DNA from: an uncultured virus (IMG/VR IMGVR_UViG_3300026522_000958)
Taxonomy: Duplodnaviria; Heunggongvirae; Uroviricota; Caudoviricetes
Direction: 5' to 3' (one strand)
Virus record (IMG/VR): IMGVR_UViG_3300026522_000958
DNA length: 64,000 nucleotides
Shown: in pieces, positions 1 to 9,765 of the stretch
Position numbering within the stretch: position 1 is the first letter of the stretch
How the letters are laid out: every line of letters starts with the position of its first letter
Program-made: the position numbers and the translations under genes
Notes under the pieces: model-generated
Database searches by the model: none
What the model was told of the DNA's origin: nothing
What the model saw: only the letters and a program-made list of their open reading frames with translations

Positions 1-1
1 C

Positions 2-319
2 TGTGAGCTTTCTTATATTAAGCATCCTGATGTAGCAATAATCTCTGTGTCTTTTCTCTACGGTTCTTACTTCTCTTTTTTTCTCTTCTGTAAGAAACTC
101 AAGCCGTCTCATACGGAAATATTTTTCATTCTTCGTATTGATCTCATGTCCCTCTTTGTCGTACCTTGCTATTTCTGCCCTCCTGCTATTTCCCGTATCT
201 ACATCTACTAGCCCCTCCGGTGTCTTATTTACTACGACACCGATAAACTCTTCGGGACAGTAATCGGTGAAGTGCGAAAGCACCTCATCTCCAACCTTTA
301 CGTCTTTAGTATCAAACAT
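2..319 (-). CDS. hypothetical protein, runs off the left edge of the window
   Basis: GGAGG RBS at ~328-332 upstream of ATG at 319; reading frame MFDTKDVKVGDEVL... stays open to the window edge (manual translation). Confidence 0.5.
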   Translation of the reverse strand, partial: MFDTKDVKVGDEVLSHFTDYCPEEFIGVVVNKTPEGLVDVDTGNSRRAEIARYDKEGHEINTKNEKYFRMRRLEFLTEEKKREVRTVEKRHRDYCYIRMLNIRKLT

Positions 320-405
320 ACACAAAACCTCCAAAATATCCTGCGGACGCGCATCCTTTTTGTCTACTCCAGTAATAGGTCCACTGATGTAGCATCTGTT
401 TTTTT

Positions 406-690
406 TTAATCTCCCCAGTCCAATGCCTGCCCGCAGAAAGGACAGCGATCTAATCCGTATGGTCTTATATAACGTCCATCGCGACATCTCTCATAATCGG
501 GATAAAAATCCTTGCCACAAGTAGGGCATTTAGATGATTCATAGTCAGAGTCAGGTATAATAGCTAACTTCGGTGTGTTTATATCTACAAGTGCCTGCCG
601 ATAGCCTTTTTCATAGTCTGTCATAAAAGGCTTGCTATTTTGCTCTTTTTGGTCAATTTTCAGTTCATTCATCTGATACTCCTTTTGCAT
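406..690 (-). CDS. small zinc-ribbon protein (phage/plasmid type)
   Basis: two CxxC pairs (CPTCG, CPFCGQALDW). Confidence 0.6.
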   Translation of the reverse strand: MQKEYQMNELKIDQKEQNSKPFMTDYEKGYRQALVDINTPKLAIIPDSDYESSKCPTCGKDFYPDYERCRDGRYIRPYGLDRCPFCGQALDWGD

Positions 691-769
691 TTGATTGCTG
701 CGATTTATTAGATTCTCTACATATATTTTGGTAGATTATCCTTTTCTGTGTGTCTGACGATAATTTCTT

Positions 770-1822
770 CTATTTATTGTCTGCAGCATGTGGCAGAATA
801 GTATATTCGGATGGGCTTGGACACTTTTTGTCTGCAAACTTTCGCACAAGATTCTTATCCCATAACTCAGATGGCCATCCATATCCTCCGGAGCACATAT
901 TAAAGATAATTCCACCTATCACAATGGCGGGTATCATGATAACACCTATCGTAACAAGAGCATCCACTCCGGATGCTACCATGAGCCAGGATAACCATAT
1001 GCCCGCAGCAAAGCTGCAATTAAATCCCACATACCAGGCAACCTCTGCTTTCTTCTTGTTATTATTGCCTTTTTCGAAGAATTGTCGTTTTATCATAAAT
1101 TCTGACGTATCTTCCTCAGATGCATTATCCCAGATATCATCCATATACTTTTCAATAACCTTACGGACATTATCATCTCTTTCAGGGAGGTACCCGAATA
1201 TGCCCTCTTTGAAGACCTTCTCTGCAGCCTCATTTAACAGTGTATCCTCATGTGGCTCAGAGGATTCTTCCTTAATACTGACATATGACCGTGGAGTATT
1301 CTTTTTCTTTTCCGTTCCCCAGCTTACAGTCATCTGATAAAAATCAGCTCCCATCTCACTATGACATTTGTTGTGAGTTATGCCATTCCTATCGGTGTAT
1401 GTCGCATTAACTGCATAGCCTTCATTCCGGTAATGTTCAGCTACTGTTTCTGTTATGAATTGTTCGTCAGCATTATTATGTTCTTCGATCAATGCTTTCT
1501 GATATGGCTGAGCCAGATCTGCAAGTGCTTTTAATAATCCACTGGCATATGGGATGAAACCTATATGGTCACTGCCATCCTTTGTTAATCCGGACAGCCC
1601 ACTCGGAGGACAGCAAAAGAGCTCCGTGTGTCCCTCCTTCGCATTTTGAATGATATTTCTGTTGACGTCATCATATATGCGTCCAAAAACATAGTCACAC
1701 GCTCTTTTTCTCAGGTTGCTGTGCTCCGATATCTGATCAAGAGCGAAAGCAAATTTTGTCTCATACAAGGCTGCATCATGCATGGCCTTGTTTGTTAGTC
1801 TTTCTGTTTCATATCTGTCCAT
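770..1822 (-). CDS. hypothetical membrane protein
   Basis: 350-aa ORF with AGAGG RBS and two C-terminal hydrophobic segments. Confidence 0.6.
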   Translation of the reverse strand: MDRYETERLTNKAMHDAALYETKFAFALDQISEHSNLRKRACDYVFGRIYDDVNRNIIQNAKEGHTELFCCPPSGLSGLTKDGSDHIGFIPYASGLLKALADLAQPYQKALIEEHNNADEQFITETVAEHYRNEGYAVNATYTDRNGITHNKCHSEMGADFYQMTVSWGTEKKKNTPRSYVSIKEESSEPHEDTLLNEAAEKVFKEGIFGYLPERDDNVRKVIEKYMDDIWDNASEEDTSEFMIKRQFFEKGNNNKKKAEVAWYVGFNCSFAAGIWLSWLMVASGVDALVTIGVIMIPAIVIGGIIFNMCSGGYGWPSELWDKNLVRKFADKKCPSPSEYTILPHAADNK

Positions 1823-1899
1823 GTCTAATTCCTCTTTTTTTATACTATTTCAAATGGTGCTTCAGTTTTTGCATCGAGAAAGCCTTTGATATATCTTCT

Positions 1900-2098
1900 T
1901 CGCTGAAGTCTTTGATATAAAGGCTTGTTAGGTACATATCACGAGGCTGTTCTTACTCTGACCTGACTTAAAGTTGCAGCGGTCTGGTGCGTTAACCGCA
2001 GGTGTCATGACCCAAATATCGTAGTATCCGTTTCTTGATACTTAGTCTGGTGAACCATTTGACAGAAGCCCACTGCCTTTAGGCGGTGGGTAGTTCAC
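1900..2098 (-). ncRNA. orphan omegaRNA/HEARO-like IS200/IS605 end element without an iscB ORF
   Basis: minus strand reads GTGAACTACCCACCGCCTAAAGGCAGTGGGCTT...GTTCACCAGACTAAG...CTACGATAT...CATGACACC...GCACCAGACCGCTGC, the layout recalled for IscB omegaRNA 5' regions; the 3' boundary is uncertain. Confidence 0.55.
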
Positions 2099-2453
2099 CA
2101 CCGTGATTTTCGTCATGTCTGTTTCCCCTCGTTCTCCGGGAATATGCTCTCGATGCCAGATGCTTCTTGACTGCAGCCGTAAGAAACACTTCTGTCTCTG
2201 CGAGCTTTTCAGGAGCAATGTTGTGATCAGTGGCGACCCCCGCGATGAGATATGCGATATTGATCATCACGGCTTCAAAAGATCCGCCATATTCAAAGCT
2301 CGTCCCATCGTCATCAGACTGAAGGTTTATCACTGCTCCGGTATCGCCCTCTGCAAGCACCCTGCCTGCCAGGCGTGCACACTCTTCCCTTGACGGGAAA
2401 TTTACCGTTATGTTCTCAACCGCTACGTCATTATCTATCTTCTTTACCGACAT
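2079..2453 (-). CDS. hypothetical protein; C-terminus (ELPTA*) supplied by the IS-like end
   Basis: ORF track; stop codon lies inside the hairpin at 2066-2090. Confidence 0.55.
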   Translation of the reverse strand: MSVKKIDNDVAVENITVNFPSREECARLAGRVLAEGDTGAVINLQSDDDGTSFEYGGSFEAVMINIAYLIAGVATDHNIAPEKLAETEVFLTAAVKKHLASRAYSRRTRGNRHDENHGGELPTA

Positions 2454-2455
2454 CT

Positions 2456-2818
2456 TTATTCCTTTCCGGCAACCGTTCTCTTCTCCCTTGCTTTCATAAG
2501 CCTCTCTCTTGCTGCCACTTTCTGCTCTTCGGTAAGCTCTCTCTTCGGAGGCCTTGTGATCTTTATGTATGATAAAGGCAGATGTGCAACGATCGAGTTA
2601 TCGCGGTTTGTACCGCAGATCTGTACTTCAGCAGGATACTCTTTGGCGTATTTCCTTACTCTATTACAGAGTTTCGTGCTTCCTGCAAGCTGCACCGTTA
2701 CCGTTTTCTGACCTTTTATCCATTCGATGGCGTTCTCTCCACTGTAGTCCTCAATGCCTTCAGGCTCGATATCTTCACAGGCTGCATCGAACGGCATGTT
2801 CTTATTGATATCACTCAT
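2456..2818 (-). CDS. hypothetical protein (phage/plasmid type)
   Basis: ORF 2456..2935; start moved to MSDINK at 2818 behind a GGAGG RBS. Confidence 0.6.
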   Translation of the reverse strand: MSDINKNMPFDAACEDIEPEGIEDYSGENAIEWIKGQKTVTVQLAGSTKLCNRVRKYAKEYPAEVQICGTNRDNSIVAHLPLSYIKITRPPKRELTEEQKVAARERLMKAREKRTVAGKE

Positions 2819-3127
2819 GCTTATATTTTCCTCCCGCTTACTGCACAGATTTGGAAGATGCTGCATATAGATTTTTTCATATATGGAAAACTTAAGAGAC
2901 ATGGCAACCGGCGGTTTCCATATATGAGTCTGCACAAAAAGAGATCCGCAAAGGTATCTCTGTGATGCCAGGGTCTCCAGCCGATGAGCTGGTCTTTGAT
3001 GAACCCGTGTTCGATGAACCGGAAATAGAAGTCTCGGAATGTGTAAAGAACAAGGTCTCGCATGCTGATGACGAATCTGAATTATGGGGCATGACAGCAG
3101 GCACCGGAAGCCCAGGAATCTCCTCTT

Positions 3128-3742
3128 ATGATTAACGGGGATGGCGATATCAGAATGCAGGAGTCCGTTCTCTTCGGAGCCCGCGGATTATTGCGAGGAA
3201 GTGAAACCCTTCTTCGTATCATCAATAGATTTGAGGATTATATTGATGATATTGCAGACATGCTTAATGCTCCTGCATCAGCGTCAGAGATTGTTAAAGA
3301 AATTCAAGGGTATTTTAGCCATATTGTTGGAGAGAATTTCAAAATGAAGGACCAGTTGATCTACTGGAAAGATGCAGTCCGTTCATATAAGGATGATAGC
3401 GATTCATTTTCAGTAATCCTTACCTGTGTAACAGGGAATAAATACGAGCATACCACTATTCGCGGGTGCAGTCAGTCTGACTGGGCTGAACTTTATTATC
3501 CTGCCAGATGGTCCGACGATGAGATCGACCGTTTTGCCGCCGAGTATTTTAATACCGGAGACGAGTGGCTTGTCACTTCCAAAGATGATCCGGACGATGG
3601 AGTCTCAGTATACACGACATCTTATGGCGACGAGGATATCAAAAAAGAGATTGCTGGCAATCTTTATGATGTCTGCCCCGATGAGATTGAGATTCGTGTA
3701 TTGGAGGGATACAAACGGATTCCTCAGTATCGCATCGCCTGA
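3128..3742 (+). CDS. hypothetical acidic protein
   Basis: 204-aa ORF followed by a hairpin terminator at ~3759-3798; start uncertain. Confidence 0.55.
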   Translation: MINGDGDIRMQESVLFGARGLLRGSETLLRIINRFEDYIDDIADMLNAPASASEIVKEIQGYFSHIVGENFKMKDQLIYWKDAVRSYKDDSDSFSVILTCVTGNKYEHTTIRGCSQSDWAELYYPARWSDDEIDRFAAEYFNTGDEWLVTSKDDPDDGVSVYTTSYGDEDIKKEIAGNLYDVCPDEIEIRVLEGYKRIPQYRIA

Positions 3743-3901
3743 ATCTGCACTGTATTGGCAAAAAAGAACAGCATGGATCAGATCCATGCTGTTTTTGTTC
3801 ATAGTAAGTATGGAATTTATAATGGAGAGGATGTCTATGTGCATTTATAATAATGTCGCTGTATTGCTATAATTTCAGTCTGTCCTTTCCTGTAGCGTTA
3901 A

Positions 3902-4618
3902 TCATTCTTTATAGAACAGCAGCCAGTGGGTCTTGCTGTTACGGGGTCTTCTGTTGCCTATAAGCGGCTCACAGGGGAAATATGGTCTCAGTTGTGAAAG
4001 AGAGATGTGGTATTCGTACCACTTAAAGACCAGTACCCCGTCTTTTGCCAGGACGCGCCAGCATTCGGAAAAAGATGCCTTCATGAATGCCTGCCAGTCG
4101 TGTGGCAATTTTCCGTATTTCTCGACCTGCCAGCCACTGCCGACATCGAGGTGCGGCGGATCGAATATCACTAGATGATAACTTTCGTCCGGAGCATCTA
4201 TACAGGTGACATCTCCTATGGTATCAGGCTCTATCAAAAGCGGCCTGCCGTCACATAGCGTGGTCTTCTCACTTCTGATGTCCCTGTAGTCCACGATGGG
4301 ATTATCCTTGTTGAAATAGAACATCCGGCTCCCGCAGCATGGGTCGAGTATGGGTTTCTTTTGTATCCCATGCATAGCTCGATACGCACTTCTAGCGTTA
4401 AAAAGGTTCTTATTTGCCATTAATCCAGTCTCAAATTCGTTTTCTTCGTCATCTGAGTTTGTACAGCGATAGGACCGCTCCTCATAAGCTATTTTTTCTC
4501 CCTTTATAATGTCCGTTGTAAGGCGTTTCCTCTCTTCCACCTCGTGTGTTTTGTCACACAGGGGGCAGTCCATACGAATTTTTCTAATTAACGTGCTATC
4601 CTCCATGGTTTGTCTCAT
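3902..4618 (-). CDS. SAM-dependent methyltransferase with an N-terminal MqsA/YgiT-like Zn-finger segment
   Basis: ILDPCCGSRMFYF (motif I) and DPPHL (motif IV-like); N-terminus DCPLCDKTHEV...IKGEKIAYEERSYRC. Confidence 0.7.
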   Translation of the reverse strand: MRQTMEDSTLIRKIRMDCPLCDKTHEVEERKRLTTDIIKGEKIAYEERSYRCTNSDDEENEFETGLMANKNLFNARSAYRAMHGIQKKPILDPCCGSRMFYFNKDNPIVDYRDIRSEKTTLCDGRPLLIEPDTIGDVTCIDAPDESYHLVIFDPPHLDVGSGWQVEKYGKLPHDWQAFMKASFSECWRVLAKDGVLVFKWYEYHISLSQLRPYFPCEPLIGNRRPRNSKTHWLLFYKE

Positions 4619-4654
4619 TTCCTTCCTTTATATATTTTGTACAAAGGCTCATCA

Positions 4655-6238
4655 TCAGATGGTCATATATTCATCCATGCTTCCTTTCAGCTTATTATAG
4701 AGAATCACGCCGTTATGCCCGAATACGTCTATGAAGTCCGCGTAGATCTTCCCCGTGTCTTCAGGTCCTCTTGCGTCGATTATCTTTATGATGTTCTCAT
4801 AGACTTCCTTCTTCCGCCCCGGGAGCTTCTTCTGAAGGAATATCATCCTGTCGAATTTTTTCCCGCCGTTTTCCTTTCCTGCCGCCGCAGTAGGCGTATG
4901 GAACGCTTTCTCAGTGTAGTTTATGCACGCATCCCTTACTTTCTGTTTTTCTTCTTCAGAAAGGGATGAAAACGCTGTCGTACCTTCAGGAAGATCCCTG
5001 TTTACCATAGGAAGCTTTGATACATTTATACCTTTCGAACGCCAGTATCCGATGGCGGGGTCATACCCTTTGTCGCGGGCCGCGATGACATATTCTCTTT
5101 CAGGATGTTCATTTATGAGCCACCCCAGTATGCTCACAAGCTGGAAGTCAAGGGCATTGGTGCCCGGTTCTTTCCCGCTTATGACCTGCTCGAACCTGAT
5201 GCTGCATTTCCTGTCCACAATCTTTGACACGTCAGCATATGTAAGCTTCGGTGTATGTTCTGTATAAAGGACTATTATCTCATCCGCAGGGTTGTCAGTT
5301 ATTATTTGTTTCCACGAAAAGCTGACATTTTCAGAATCTACAAGATATGTACGCTTTATCGTATCGGTCTCTACGGATTCCGTATCTTCTTCGTCTGATA
5401 TATCCGGTGTGTCTTTCTGAGTCTCTGTCTCTCCTGCATCAGCACCTTTATCCGTGGTATCATCCGGCTGTGCTTTTTTATCATCGTCGGGCAGATCTTC
5501 AGGCAGATCCTCTTTTATGTTTTCAGCTATGCTGATCCCTGTCATGAGAGGATCGGATGGCTCGATCTCAGGTTCATCTTCCGTTTCGGCCGTCATATTC
5601 TTATACGGGTCCTGCCCATTCCTGAAAGAATCAAGATCATTATTCAATGCCCTGATGAGGTCTGATGATTCTCCCCTGCTCCAGTAGGCACCGTCCTGGA
5701 CGTTATAGACAAAGTCTATGCCTTCTCCATACAGGTCTTTTTTCATTTTCTTTAATTCCGCGACGATGGTGCTCCTGCTCCTGTAATATGATATGAACAG
5801 GTCTCTTGCCGGGGATGTCCTGAATGTCCGTATCGTAGGATCCATATTTTTAAGGCGCGGGTCTATCTCATTATATATGGCTGATCCGATTGACAGGCCG
5901 GGTCTACTCTTTCCCGGTCTTATCTCAACCCCTCCCGCAACGATGTCTTCGATATCAATCGAAGACATCGCAGTTTCAAACTCCCTGCTGTTTATCTCGT
6001 AATCTGTTTCAGCATCATTTACGCCTGCCAGATCACTGCTTTCAGTATGACCAGTCTTTTCTGTATTTTCTTCCGTACTATTACTGTTATTATAAAACGT
6101 ACTGTTTTCGATCCGTACATACGGAACTTTCTTAATGTCTCCCAAGGTATGATCCCAGCCTTTTTCTACCCTTTCCTGCATATTATCAAGTTCTTTCCCA
6201 CAGCCATCGGGCAATGATGTGTTTTCTGATGTTGTCAT
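4655..6238 (-). CDS. PIN/NYN-like domain protein with acidic N-terminal half
   Basis: YLVDSENV ... NALDFQLVSILG ... DKGYD motifs typical of PIN-like nucleases. Confidence 0.65.
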   Translation of the reverse strand: MTTSENTSLPDGCGKELDNMQERVEKGWDHTLGDIKKVPYVRIENSTFYNNSNSTEENTEKTGHTESSDLAGVNDAETDYEINSREFETAMSSIDIEDIVAGGVEIRPGKSRPGLSIGSAIYNEIDPRLKNMDPTIRTFRTSPARDLFISYYRSRSTIVAELKKMKKDLYGEGIDFVYNVQDGAYWSRGESSDLIRALNNDLDSFRNGQDPYKNMTAETEDEPEIEPSDPLMTGISIAENIKEDLPEDLPDDDKKAQPDDTTDKGADAGETETQKDTPDISDEEDTESVETDTIKRTYLVDSENVSFSWKQIITDNPADEIIVLYTEHTPKLTYADVSKIVDRKCSIRFEQVISGKEPGTNALDFQLVSILGWLINEHPEREYVIAARDKGYDPAIGYWRSKGINVSKLPMVNRDLPEGTTAFSSLSEEEKQKVRDACINYTEKAFHTPTAAAGKENGGKKFDRMIFLQKKLPGRKKEVYENIIKIIDARGPEDTGKIYADFIDVFGHNGVILYNKLKGSMDEYMTI

Positions 6239-6298
6239 GAGTTCTTTCCTTTCTCCTCACATCGCGGAGGTATATATGAATAATTATATGGTATACGG

Positions 6299-7610
6299 TT
6301 GAAGCTCCCCTATGCTAAAGCATAGGGGATTCCTGCTTCATCGTCAGACATCTGATGCATTTTTTATAAAGTACATCCCGAAGTAGCTGACTCTACAGGC
6401 GTTAAGTTTGGGTGCTTCCCACCCTACTATATGTATGGTCACACAGTCTGTAACTGCTGTTGTCTTATTTTTAACCCCTTATGCAGTATGTTCATGGCTG
6501 CGTTTACATCCCTGTCATGATGCGAACCACACTTAGGGCATATCCATTGTCTTACAGACAGATCTTTGGTACCTTCGTACTGAAATCCACAGTCACTGCA
6601 TATCTGGCTTGATGCATAGAATCGTGGTACTTTCACGACTGTACAGCCGTAAGGGTATGCTTTATATTCAAGTATATTGATGAACCTGGACCACGATACA
6701 TCTGCTATGCTTTCAGCCAGACGATGATTTTTAGTCATTCCCTTTACATTCAGGTCCTCAATGCAGATAATTTGGTTTTCTTTTATCAGCTTTGTGGACT
6801 GTTTCTGCAAAAAATCATTCCTACGGTTTGCTATATGTTCATGTATGCGTGCCACCTTTAAACGCTGTTTCTCCCAGTTGTGTGAACCTTTACGTTTTCT
6901 GGATAATCGTTTCTGAGCCTTCTTTAACTTGATTTGTGACTGTTTCAAAAACTTGTTGTTTGATACCCTGTTTCCATTGCTGTCAACGTAGAAGTCCTTG
7001 ATACCTACATCAATACCGATTTCCCCACCATCGTTAAGCTGTGGTTCAATATCAGGTGCTTCAACTGTAAGGACAGCAAAGTATTTTCCACTAGGAGCCT
7101 GTTCTATGGTTGCATTTAAGATCCTTAATGGTACGGGCATTGTTACTTTTGCCTTGACATACCCAAGTTTTGGAAGCTTGATGTAATTTCCTGCGACAGT
7201 TATGTTGTTATTTACACACTCTGTACGATAGTTTTTGTTATGATTGTGTTTTGACTTAAACTTTGGAAACTTTGCCCGTTTTGCAAAGAAGTTTTTATAC
7301 GCTCTATCTAAGTCTCTGAGGCACTGTTGTAATGGATGTGCATCTACATCATTCAGCCAGTCATACTTATGCTCTGGGTCATGTTTTAATGTCTGTAAGT
7401 AGGTGTTTGTTTCTTTGTACCCAATTGGATTACCACACTCATACTGGTTTATGCGAAACGCAAATGCATGATTGTACACAAATCTGGTACAGCCAAAAGT
7501 CTGCTGTATCAGATTTTGTTGTATCTTGTTAGGATACAGACGAAACTTCATGCCAAAGTTCATGACTATCACCTTCTTTCCGCCCCTATGCTAAAGCATA
7601 GGGGTTATCT
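6299..7610 (-). mobile_element. IS200/IS605-family non-autonomous tnpB-only element (IS1341-like)
   Basis: identical hairpin CCCCTATGCTAAAGCATAGGGG at 6307-6328 and 7583-7604 flanking tnpB; right end finishes in TTCAA on the minus strand at 6299. Confidence 0.85.
6439..7572 (-). CDS. tnpB: RNA-guided endonuclease TnpB
   Basis: N-terminal KFRLYPN HTH, RuvC motifs GIDVG / IEDL / DRDVNAA and CxxC...CxxC zinc finger, all intact. Confidence 0.95.
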   Translation of the reverse strand: MIVMNFGMKFRLYPNKIQQNLIQQTFGCTRFVYNHAFAFRINQYECGNPIGYKETNTYLQTLKHDPEHKYDWLNDVDAHPLQQCLRDLDRAYKNFFAKRAKFPKFKSKHNHNKNYRTECVNNNITVAGNYIKLPKLGYVKAKVTMPVPLRILNATIEQAPSGKYFAVLTVEAPDIEPQLNDGGEIGIDVGIKDFYVDSNGNRVSNNKFLKQSQIKLKKAQKRLSRKRKGSHNWEKQRLKVARIHEHIANRRNDFLQKQSTKLIKENQIICIEDLNVKGMTKNHRLAESIADVSWSRFINILEYKAYPYGCTVVKVPRFYASSQICSDCGFQYEGTKDLSVRQWICPKCGSHHDRDVNAAMNILHKGLKIRQQQLQTV

Positions 7611-7665
7611 CCTTTTTTATATATCCAGTATGAGAGATTTTTCATATATGAAAACTGCGGCTCTG

Positions 7666-8265
7666 TCATGCTATATCCGGGAACAGGTTCATATTCTCTT
7701 TGAGATACAGTTCCCCGTTATCGTTCCCGAGATTTTTTATATCTACTGTTATGACCGGGGCTATGATAGCTGAATCATGGATGTTTACGGGTGATATCCC
7801 TTCTCCTGATATGAAAGCGAGTGCTTTCCCGTTGTCGGATGCCTCCTGCAGCCATATTTCCGAAAAGGCTGCACCATGATGTTTCGCCGTTACTGCTGAA
7901 TCCGCTACTGTCTGTAGCCAGAGAGCCCCGAAACCGCCCTCATCTATCCTGAAACTCCTCTTCGGAAGCGTGAGTTTCCTATCTTTTATGTTTTTTCCAT
8001 ATATGAAAAAGAACTCGCGGGTCTTGTCATCATAATCTGATACGTCTCCGTCGTTGATGCCCGTTTCCGGCCAGGGACCCGCCGTCAGGCTTGACAGCAT
8101 TATCTCTGCGGTCACCGCATCTCCGTTCTCATCAGGGCCGGGCTCCGGGCTGACCGACAGTATCCTGCCTTTAACAGGACAGCCTGCTATGTCTTTTATA
8201 TATGGGAATGATATACTGCATCCTACCATATTTCTGCGGAGAGCCGCTATTCTGTTGTCTTCCAT
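7666..8265 (-). CDS. stand-alone paralog of the DGR target's N-terminal (CLec-like) domain
   Basis: shares LTAGPW, YD..T, L.LP, (I/V)WL and (I/V)AP motifs in the same order as aa ~100-236 of 14565..19700. Confidence 0.6.
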   Translation of the reverse strand: MEDNRIAALRRNMVGCSISFPYIKDIAGCPVKGRILSVSPEPGPDENGDAVTAEIMLSSLTAGPWPETGINDGDVSDYDDKTREFFFIYGKNIKDRKLTLPKRSFRIDEGGFGALWLQTVADSAVTAKHHGAAFSEIWLQEASDNGKALAFISGEGISPVNIHDSAIIAPVITVDIKNLGNDNGELYLKENMNLFPDIA

Positions 8266-8271
8266 ATGCTA

Positions 8272-9297
8272 TCATTTCCGGGCAGGCTTACCGCTTACTG
8301 CCGCTTTCCCTTTATTCGTTATAAGTCTTCCTCTTCCTGTCTTTTCCATATATCCTTCTTTCAGCAGGTACGGTTCCTGCATCTCTTCTATCGTTCCGGG
8401 GTCCTCTCCTGTCATATCCGAGAGTGTCATCAGGCCTACAGGTTTATCAGCTTCCTTTAATATCGCAAGCAGCTTCATATCTGATACCGTGAGGCCGTTT
8501 ATATCAGTTCCTGCGATCTTTAACGCTTCCTTTACCGTATCATCAGTCACGGTACCTTTGTTCTTTACGACCGCGACGTCCCTGATCCGTTCGAGCAGCG
8601 AATTGGCGATCCTCGGTGTTCCTCTTGACGCTTTTGCGGCCATGAGTGCCTGGCTGTCCGTTATGTCAAGCTCAAGCTTTACAGCGGAAGCTTTTATTAT
8701 CTCAGCGAGCTCTTCTTCGGTGTAGAACTCCATCCTGCACTTGAGCGAAAACCTGTCACGGAGAGGCGCCGACAGCATCCCTGCCCTTGTAGTTGCCCCT
8801 ATGAGGGTAAACTCAGGCAGTTTTACATGAACTGTCCTCTGCTGCTCTCCTGTGCCTATGGTGATGTTCAGGTAGTCGTCCTCCATAGCGGAGTAAAGCA
8901 CTTCTTCACATGCGGGCGGTATCCGGTGTATCTCGTCTATAAAAAATATCTCTTTCGGTTTCAATCCCATGAGTGCAGCAGCCACGTCTCCTGGTTTTTC
9001 TATCGATGGACCAGATATCTCCTTTATCGGTACATCTTCTTCTGATGCTATGATATGTGCCATTGTAGTCTTCCCAAGGCCCGGAGGTCCGTAGAAGAGC
9101 ATATGTGGTGCAGATGCTTTCCTTATCGCGGCAGATCTTACTGCAAGAGATACCTGCTCCTTTACTTTCGCCTGCCCGATATATGCATCAAATGTTTCAG
9201 GACGTAGTATATTGCCTGCCCCTGCTTTCTTTTCTGATTCTCTTTCCCTTACGGCTTTCGTCGTTATCACTCGCCGTTTTATTTCTGTCTGTTGCAT
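8272..9297 (-). CDS. ruvB: Holliday junction branch migration helicase RuvB
   Basis: LRPETFDAYIGQ, GPPGLGKTT, FIDEIHR, GATTRAG, RGTPRIAN, EPYL, TGRGR motifs. Confidence 0.95.
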   Translation of the reverse strand: MQQTEIKRRVITTKAVRERESEKKAGAGNILRPETFDAYIGQAKVKEQVSLAVRSAAIRKASAPHMLFYGPPGLGKTTMAHIIASEEDVPIKEISGPSIEKPGDVAAALMGLKPKEIFFIDEIHRIPPACEEVLYSAMEDDYLNITIGTGEQQRTVHVKLPEFTLIGATTRAGMLSAPLRDRFSLKCRMEFYTEEELAEIIKASAVKLELDITDSQALMAAKASRGTPRIANSLLERIRDVAVVKNKGTVTDDTVKEALKIAGTDINGLTVSDMKLLAILKEADKPVGLMTLSDMTGEDPGTIEEMQEPYLLKEGYMEKTGRGRLITNKGKAAVSGKPARK

Positions 9298-9318
9298 ATC
9301 CTGCCTTCTATCTATGAC

Positions 9319-9516
9319 CTACATGATGCCGGCTGCGGTCTTTATCACGAGCATGATGACTGCGATGGCAGATACCACGGCCATTGCCGCACCCGCTTCC
9401 GCTGTTTCCATGTATCCTGAGCCTTTCCCTGCCCTGTATGCTCTCATACCGAACAATGCCAGTCCCGCGAGGATGACCATACAAAGAAGCGATGCCTGTA
9501 ATACGGTTATCTTCAT
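9319..9516 (-). CDS. small membrane protein
   Basis: two hydrophobic segments; overlaps the upstream ORF by 4 nt. Confidence 0.45.
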   Translation of the reverse strand: MKITVLQASLLCMVILAGLALFGMRAYRAGKGSGYMETAEAGAAMAVVSAIAVIMLVIKTAAGIM

Positions 9517-9731
9517 CGCTCTATGCTTCCGTGGATGCCGAGCATCCTCAGTGCTTTAACTTCTGCTTCTTCAGTCTTCTGCCAGATTTCGTCGTTGTCG
9601 TTATTGGTCGCCATGAGAAATGCTCTTGCAAATATGGCAGCGATCAGGATCAGCCCTGCCCATTCGGTAAGTTCTATGATCAAAAAAACACATCCTTTCT
9701 GATAATCTTTCAGAAAAGATGTGGAAGACAT
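9513..9731 (-). CDS. small membrane protein
   Basis: hydrophobic segment; start uncertain. Confidence 0.4.
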   Translation of the reverse strand: MSSTSFLKDYQKGCVFLIIELTEWAGLILIAAIFARAFLMATNNDNDEIWQKTEEAEVKALRMLGIHGSIER

Positions 9732-9765
9732 TGATATTTTGTTTTTTCATATATGAGATTTCAGA

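Noticed and set aside
7740..7870. Second VR in the paralogous domain
   Set aside because: No nucleotide-level match to the TR by eye.
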